From a virus (taxonomy: Duplodnaviria; Caudoviricetes): DNA of 58,157 bases. The translations under genes were made by a program, and so were the position numbers. The stretch covers positions 1 to 58,157 of IMG/VR virus record IMGVR_UViG_3300023220_000531. One strand, written 5' to 3'. The notes beneath the pieces were generated by a model. That model was given only the letters and a program-made list of their open reading frames with translations. It made no database searches and was not told the DNA's origin. How positions within the stretch are numbered: position 1 is the first letter of the stretch; each line of letters opens with the position of its first letter. Positions 53,692-58,157 of the stretch are shown one piece after another.

Positions 53692-54632
53692 CAATAGAGC
53701 AGCTTCATACAGCCTCGTTCAAAGGCGTTACATTTCCTTGTACTGTTTCACAAACAAGGGTTGGTCGCGCTCAAATTATCCACAGGTTCATCAACAGCAA
53801 CAAAAATTCTATCGAAGATCAAGGTTTAGATCCTCGAGGGTATAGCTTGACTGCCGTTATTAGCGGGACTAATTATTTGCAAGACCGCGATAGATTGCTT
53901 GCAACGATCGAAGAAGGTGGAAAAGGAACTTTAATTCATCCGTTTTATGGTCGAATAGAAAACATTGTTGCATTTCCTGTCACCATCGAGGAAAAAATGA
54001 GTGCCCTGGGAAGGGTAGAAATCCCGCTTGTTTTTGAACTGGATGAATCTGAAGGCATCCCAACAAAGCTTATTAATTCCAGTAGTGAGATCAGCCAGAA
54101 AAAATTGAAGGTCTTGGATTCTTTTTCTACCGAAGTAAAAGATAAGTTCAAAGTAACCAGCACAGCGACCGGTAATTTCGAATCTGCTAAAAACAAACTG
54201 GATGGCTTTGTTATTTCGTTGATCAAAAACGTGACTACTGCAACTATCTCAGGTGGATTGGCTAACGGTTTCAAGGCCGCTGTTAATGATTTCTCATCCA
54301 ATATTAATCTCTTGATTAACAATCCTGAAGAGTTAGGTATACAAATGACTGATTTGATGGGTGACATTTCCAATTTATACGACGAACCAGAGCAAATATT
54401 AGAGGTCTCAGGACGTTTTTTTGATTTTGGTGACGATGACACACCTATTGTTGAAACCACCACAGGACTCACTGAGAGGGCTTTAAACAACAGCACATTG
54501 AACAAGACTATCCAAGGATCGGCATTAGCTGTAGCCTATGAAGCTGCAGGCCTTATTGAATACGGCACTGTGGAAGAGATAGATTCGGTTTCCAATAATC
54601 TGGAATCAATTTTTGAAAAGGTGGTGGCATGA
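53688..54632 (+). CDS. DNA circularization protein (Mu gpN / gp43) N-terminal part
   Basis: ASFKGV.F, GR....H, ED.G, RD.LL..E..G.GTLIHPFYG. Confidence 0.9.
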   Translation: MTIEQLHTASFKGVTFPCTVSQTRVGRAQIIHRFINSNKNSIEDQGLDPRGYSLTAVISGTNYLQDRDRLLATIEEGGKGTLIHPFYGRIENIVAFPVTIEEKMSALGRVEIPLVFELDESEGIPTKLINSSSEISQKKLKVLDSFSTEVKDKFKVTSTATGNFESAKNKLDGFVISLIKNVTTATISGGLANGFKAAVNDFSSNINLLINNPEELGIQMTDLMGDISNLYDEPEQILEVSGRFFDFGDDDTPIVETTTGLTERALNNSTLNKTIQGSALAVAYEAAGLIEYGTVEEIDSVSNNLESIFEKVVA

Positions 54633-54871
54633 GCTTAAGTTTGGAAGTCATTAACAGCCTGGATGATATTAGAGTTGTCACTCAAGCGGTTTTGAATGAT
54701 CAAAAATTATCAGCAAGGAGGATTGACCAGGTAGAAGTTAATACCCAGCCTATCAGTTTGATTGCCTATGCTTTTTATGGTGAAAGCACATTAACCGAAG
54801 ACTTAATCGCTTTGAACAAGGACATCAACGTATCGTATTACAGTGGCGAAGTTGATATATTGACCGCATGA
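54629..54871 (+). CDS. LysM-like C-terminal part of Mu gpN encoded as a separate gene
   Basis: P..LIAY.FYG......LI.LN; GGTGG RBS and ATGA overlap. Confidence 0.7.
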   Translation: MSLSLEVINSLDDIRVVTQAVLNDQKLSARRIDQVEVNTQPISLIAYAFYGESTLTEDLIALNKDINVSYYSGEVDILTA

Positions 54872-55962
54872 TCACTATAGAAGCCGATGGTATTCAATAC
54901 GAAAGACTCATTTCAGTTGAGTGTGGTGCTTCACTGGGTGCTCTGGTCAGAGATTTCACAATAGTTATTGCCAGGCCAAATGATAGAGCGCTTCCTTTTA
55001 CTGGTGGTGAAGCCGTAAAGGTTGTTATTGATAACGAATTATTTATTGATGGTAATATTTTCGCAGTGGCACCGGGTTATTCCAAAGACGCTCATACCAT
55101 CATTATGACAGGTCGAAGCAAAGCGGCTAATTTCATTGATTCATCGTTACTCCCTTTCTCGATATTGACCGATATTTCATTAGAAGCAGCTATTCAAAAA
55201 GCTCTTTCTCAGCTTAAATCAACACTGTCTATCGTCAACAATGTTTCAGGCCTTGCCGATTTCTCACAGACCGAGGATAAAATTGGGGCAAGCGTTGGCG
55301 AAAACGCATTTGAATACGCCAATAAACTGGCATTAAAAAGACAGGTGCTTTTGACCTCCGATGCATCTGGCAATATTGTTATCGATCGAACCGGAATAGA
55401 AGAGTTGAGGGTTACTTTAACTAATCTCTTTGGTGGCGGCGGAAATATAATCGATGGTTCTGCCTCTTACGACATATCCAGGCGTTACGATAAATATTTT
55501 GTTCAATCGCAACTCAACGAATCGGCCAGTATTTTTGCAGGCTCACTAAACCCTGAAGAATCAGTTAATCAAGTCGGTAGCGCAGAAGATCAAACGATGA
55601 TTGATTTTGGTCTTAATCGACAGCTGGTAAAAAAGGCAGAAAAGGCTTCATCGTCTGAACAGTGTCAATCCCGGGCAACATGGGAAGGGAATATACGACG
55701 CGCCAAAAGCCGTGACTATTCCGTTACCGTTCAAGGTGTCAGGCCAAAGGATGGAAAGATTTGGGAGATCAATAAATTGGTCCCTGTTAATGACGAATAT
55801 GCCGGTTTAAATGAGATCATGCTTATCGATAGTGTACGCTTTCATCAGAGCAGATCAGGCGGCACTTTAGCAAAACTTTCACTTGTTGATAGAAATTCCT
55901 ATAATGTTTCATTACAAGAACCACCACCAGTAAAAAAGAAGGATAGTCCATTTGGCATTTGA
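54868..55962 (+). CDS. Baseplate hub (Mu gpP / gp44-like)
   Basis: GRSK....DSS, GE.AF.....A..R..L.SD..G, RA.WE..R, V.G......W..N..V. Confidence 0.92.
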   Translation: MITIEADGIQYERLISVECGASLGALVRDFTIVIARPNDRALPFTGGEAVKVVIDNELFIDGNIFAVAPGYSKDAHTIIMTGRSKAANFIDSSLLPFSILTDISLEAAIQKALSQLKSTLSIVNNVSGLADFSQTEDKIGASVGENAFEYANKLALKRQVLLTSDASGNIVIDRTGIEELRVTLTNLFGGGGNIIDGSASYDISRRYDKYFVQSQLNESASIFAGSLNPEESVNQVGSAEDQTMIDFGLNRQLVKKAEKASSSEQCQSRATWEGNIRRAKSRDYSVTVQGVRPKDGKIWEINKLVPVNDEYAGLNEIMLIDSVRFHQSRSGGTLAKLSLVDRNSYNVSLQEPPPVKKKDSPFGI

Positions 55963-56572
55963 TCGCGCTAATATCACAAAAGAAGGAACTGACGACCAAG
56001 ACGTTAGGATCCAGCAGTACGCAAAAAACGGTGATGTCGATGACGCTGAAATCTGGGCGCCTTATGGTTTATCGTATAATCTCCCAGAAAATTCTCTGTG
56101 TTTATTTGCTCAAATTGGCGGCGATGACGGCAATATTATTTTATTACCGGATCGGTCACAGGACAGAGTTAAGAATTTAAAGCGAGGTGAAGTTGCTTTA
56201 TTCAATCCTTTAACAAAAAGCCGCATGGTGTTCAGGCTTAATGGCGATATCGAGATTGTTACTGAGGGGGAAAGTGGCGACAGATTAACCACTATTAAAA
56301 AAGACGAAATCATGACGGTTGGTGGTGATAAAACGGTCACCGTTACCGGCGACGATACATTGACTGTTGCGGGTAAGATGACCATTACCGTTACCGGTGA
56401 TTGTGACTTAAAAGCGGCTAGTGTTAATATTGATGCCAGCGTTACTAATTTAGGTGTAGGCGGTAACGCAATAGCCAGGCTTGGTGATGCTGTTCAGGTG
56501 ACAGGTGTTCAATCTGGTGCAAGTACTGCGACAGGCACTATTACCAGCGCTGGAGTTAATAAAAGCATATGA
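55952..56572 (+). CDS. Baseplate spike (Mu gp45 / gpV-like)
   Basis: PYG....P, L..GEVALF, beta-helix V.GD repeats. Confidence 0.88.
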   Translation: MAFDRANITKEGTDDQDVRIQQYAKNGDVDDAEIWAPYGLSYNLPENSLCLFAQIGGDDGNIILLPDRSQDRVKNLKRGEVALFNPLTKSRMVFRLNGDIEIVTEGESGDRLTTIKKDEIMTVGGDKTVTVTGDDTLTVAGKMTITVTGDCDLKAASVNIDASVTNLGVGGNAIARLGDAVQVTGVQSGASTATGTITSAGVNKSI

Positions 56573-57021
56573 CAGACGCAATATTAGTCAGACCAAAAGG
56601 TAAAACATGGGATTTCACTATTGCTTCCGATGGTGGTATTGAAACTGAATCGTTTTTCGATACTGCTATATTGACATCGCTTTATGAAGAAAAGCGCGCC
56701 TCTAGCTCTGAAGTTGAAAGACCAGAACTCAGAAGGGGTTGGATTGGTAACGAATCCACTCCAGATTTTGAGCGAGGTTCCAAGCTTTGGTTATTCTCTC
56801 AGTCAAGGCTTACCAGATCCGTAATCAATGGTATTATTTCAGCAGCGAACGAAGCTTTGGCGTGGCTTGTAGAACAAGACTATGCTTTAAGCGTTACCAG
56901 CGATGTCGAATTGTCCAACGGAACAGTAAATTTATTGATTCGATTGGAAAGACCTGATGGGCAAATAGACAAAAGATTGTTGCCGCTATGGGATCGCAGC
57001 GGAATAACCGAGACTGAATAA
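56569..57021 (+). CDS. Baseplate protein Mu gp46-like
   Basis: TA...SL...RA, RGW.G, GSKLWL, A.EAL.WL. Confidence 0.92.
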   Translation: MTDAILVRPKGKTWDFTIASDGGIETESFFDTAILTSLYEEKRASSSEVERPELRRGWIGNESTPDFERGSKLWLFSQSRLTRSVINGIISAANEALAWLVEQDYALSVTSDVELSNGTVNLLIRLERPDGQIDKRLLPLWDRSGITETE

Positions 57022-58157
57022 ATGGCCTTCGAAGATAATTTACCGCAATCAGCCGATGAAATGGTGCAAAAGTCACTCACTGACGTTCAGCGTGAACTTG
57101 AAAAAGTACCTAATGAAAACAAGCCTAATGCTTTTCTCGAGGCCAATTGGTTAAGAGCTATTCCAGTCGCCGGGGCTAATAGAACATTTGATAACGTTCT
57201 CCAGTTGAAAGAAGCTATCAAGCTAAACATGCCTGATACTGCTGAGGATGAATTTGTTGATCGCTGGGGCTCCATTTACATCAGCGACAGAACAGCGGCT
57301 ACAGGTGCAGTTGGTAATGTTGCATCTACAGGCGTTGCAGCTTCAATAATCCCAATATCAACAGTTTATCAATTATCTGGTATTCAGTATTCAACGACTT
57401 CTGCAACCACTATTACCGCGCAAAGCTTGTCTGTGGCCAGCATTACCCGACTAGACACAATTGTAACTGTCACCACTGTTGATGATCACTTACTTGGATC
57501 AAACGTTGAAGTAACTATCGTTGATGCCGTAGAGACTGAATATAACGGCCCTCAGGAAATACAGGTTACCGGTGCAAAAACGTTTACATTTCCCATTGCA
57601 ACAACACCAACGTCACCAGCGACAGGAACAATAACCGCTGATTTCACCTCCGGCAGCGTACCGTTACAAGCGTTGGTTCCTGTCAACCCTGATGATCCTT
57701 TTGGCGCTGCAACAAACCAATTATTAGATGCTCCCCTTTCCCTTGCTTCACCTATTGCCGGTGTTGATAACGTCGCCAATGTTGATTTCGGTCAATTAGC
57801 TGGTGGAGCAGACCAGGAAACAGACGCCGAATACAAACAACGTTACATCGATAAAATAAGAGATCCCGTTTCTCATTTTGCAACATCCGATATCGATCAA
57901 CAGATTAGAGCTGAAGTGCCAGGCGTTACCCGGACATTTATTCAAAAATCTGGGCAGCAAATAGGATCCAACAGCATTGTTTCAATTAATCGATTCGATG
58001 TCTTTGCAAAAGTCGTAACCTCTTCGCCTCATGGATTGTTCGACGGCGCACAGATTACCGTTATTGGCGCCGGTGAGTCTCCTTATAATGTTACCGATGG
58101 TTCAGTTCTTGTTATCGATGCAACTACATTTGCTTATCTGGTTGCTGGTTCACCGGC
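57022..58157 (+). CDS. Baseplate J / Mu gp47-like, N-terminal part (continues to 613; missed by the ORF track)
   Basis: ATG 57022 directly after the gp46 stop; PDTA....DRWG, R.AA..A.G.V, GGAD.ETD.EY..R motifs; open to the window end. Confidence 0.9.
   Translation, partial: MAFEDNLPQSADEMVQKSLTDVQRELEKVPNENKPNAFLEANWLRAIPVAGANRTFDNVLQLKEAIKLNMPDTAEDEFVDRWGSIYISDRTAATGAVGNVASTGVAASIIPISTVYQLSGIQYSTTSATTITAQSLSVASITRLDTIVTVTTVDDHLLGSNVEVTIVDAVETEYNGPQEIQVTGAKTFTFPIATTPTSPATGTITADFTSGSVPLQALVPVNPDDPFGAATNQLLDAPLSLASPIAGVDNVANVDFGQLAGGADQETDAEYKQRYIDKIRDPVSHFATSDIDQQIRAEVPGVTRTFIQKSGQQIGSNSIVSINRFDVFAKVVTSSPHGLFDGAQITVIGAGESPYNVTDGSVLVIDATTFAYLVAGSP
58014..58157. repeat. Terminal direct repeat, right copy
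   Basis: Identical to 1-144. Confidence 0.97.

Noticed and set aside
53945-54505. Long antisense ORFs here and elsewhere (for example 46515-46940, 37667-38059, 40670-41053, 29244-29690, 35299-35757)
   Set aside because: Shadow frames opposite well-supported genes, with no RBS or recognisable motifs
58014-58157. 144-bp repeat as a biological terminal repeat
   Set aside because: It lies mid-gene in baseplate J with the frame preserved, so it is best explained as assembly overlap of a circular or permuted genome
1-58157. tRNA/tmRNA genes or stop-codon reassignment
   Set aside because: No T-loop GTTCRANYC in a cloverleaf context was seen in intergenic gaps, and the genes are intact under the standard code; tRNAscan-SE or ARAGORN would confirm

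Overview
The window is an apparently complete, circularly permuted genome of a tailed dsDNA phage. The first 144 nt are repeated at the end (58014-58157), giving a unit length of about 58,013 bp, and the junction falls inside the baseplate J gene. The phage has an HK97-type head (terminase, portal, protease, capsid) and a Mu-like contractile tail and baseplate. The host is probably a Gram-negative (gamma)proteobacterium, inferred from sigma70 promoters, an E. coli-like RtcB and lipoproteins. A leftward early arm (about 6.6-20.9 kb) encodes ERF, YqaJ, a Rad50-like ATPase, NinB-like, Ref-like, three HNH nucleases, RtcB, Rmf-like, ASCH-like, DUF1643 and lipoproteins. It diverges from a rightward arm with small genes, GIY-YIG, a lambda-O-like initiator with internal iterons, a DnaB/gp4-type helicase, a C5 methylase, a second structural-looking module, then head, tail and lysis genes. 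I recognised no integrase, CI repressor, tRNA, CRISPR array or reverse transcriptase. The most notable signals are: (1) two paralogous HNH genes, each with its own promoter and a positionally conserved antisense promoter plus two-hairpin RNA covering the RBS; (2) a self-promoted peptide / 5-TM / overlapping 2-TM module between endolysin and holin; (3) a detached seven-gene filament-like structural module with a repeat protein; (4) an RtcB / Rmf-like / ASCH cluster; (5) a gene nested in an alternative frame inside the methylase; (6) a C4/CI-like RNA upstream of the replication operon. All product calls come from motif recognition by eye, not from database searches.
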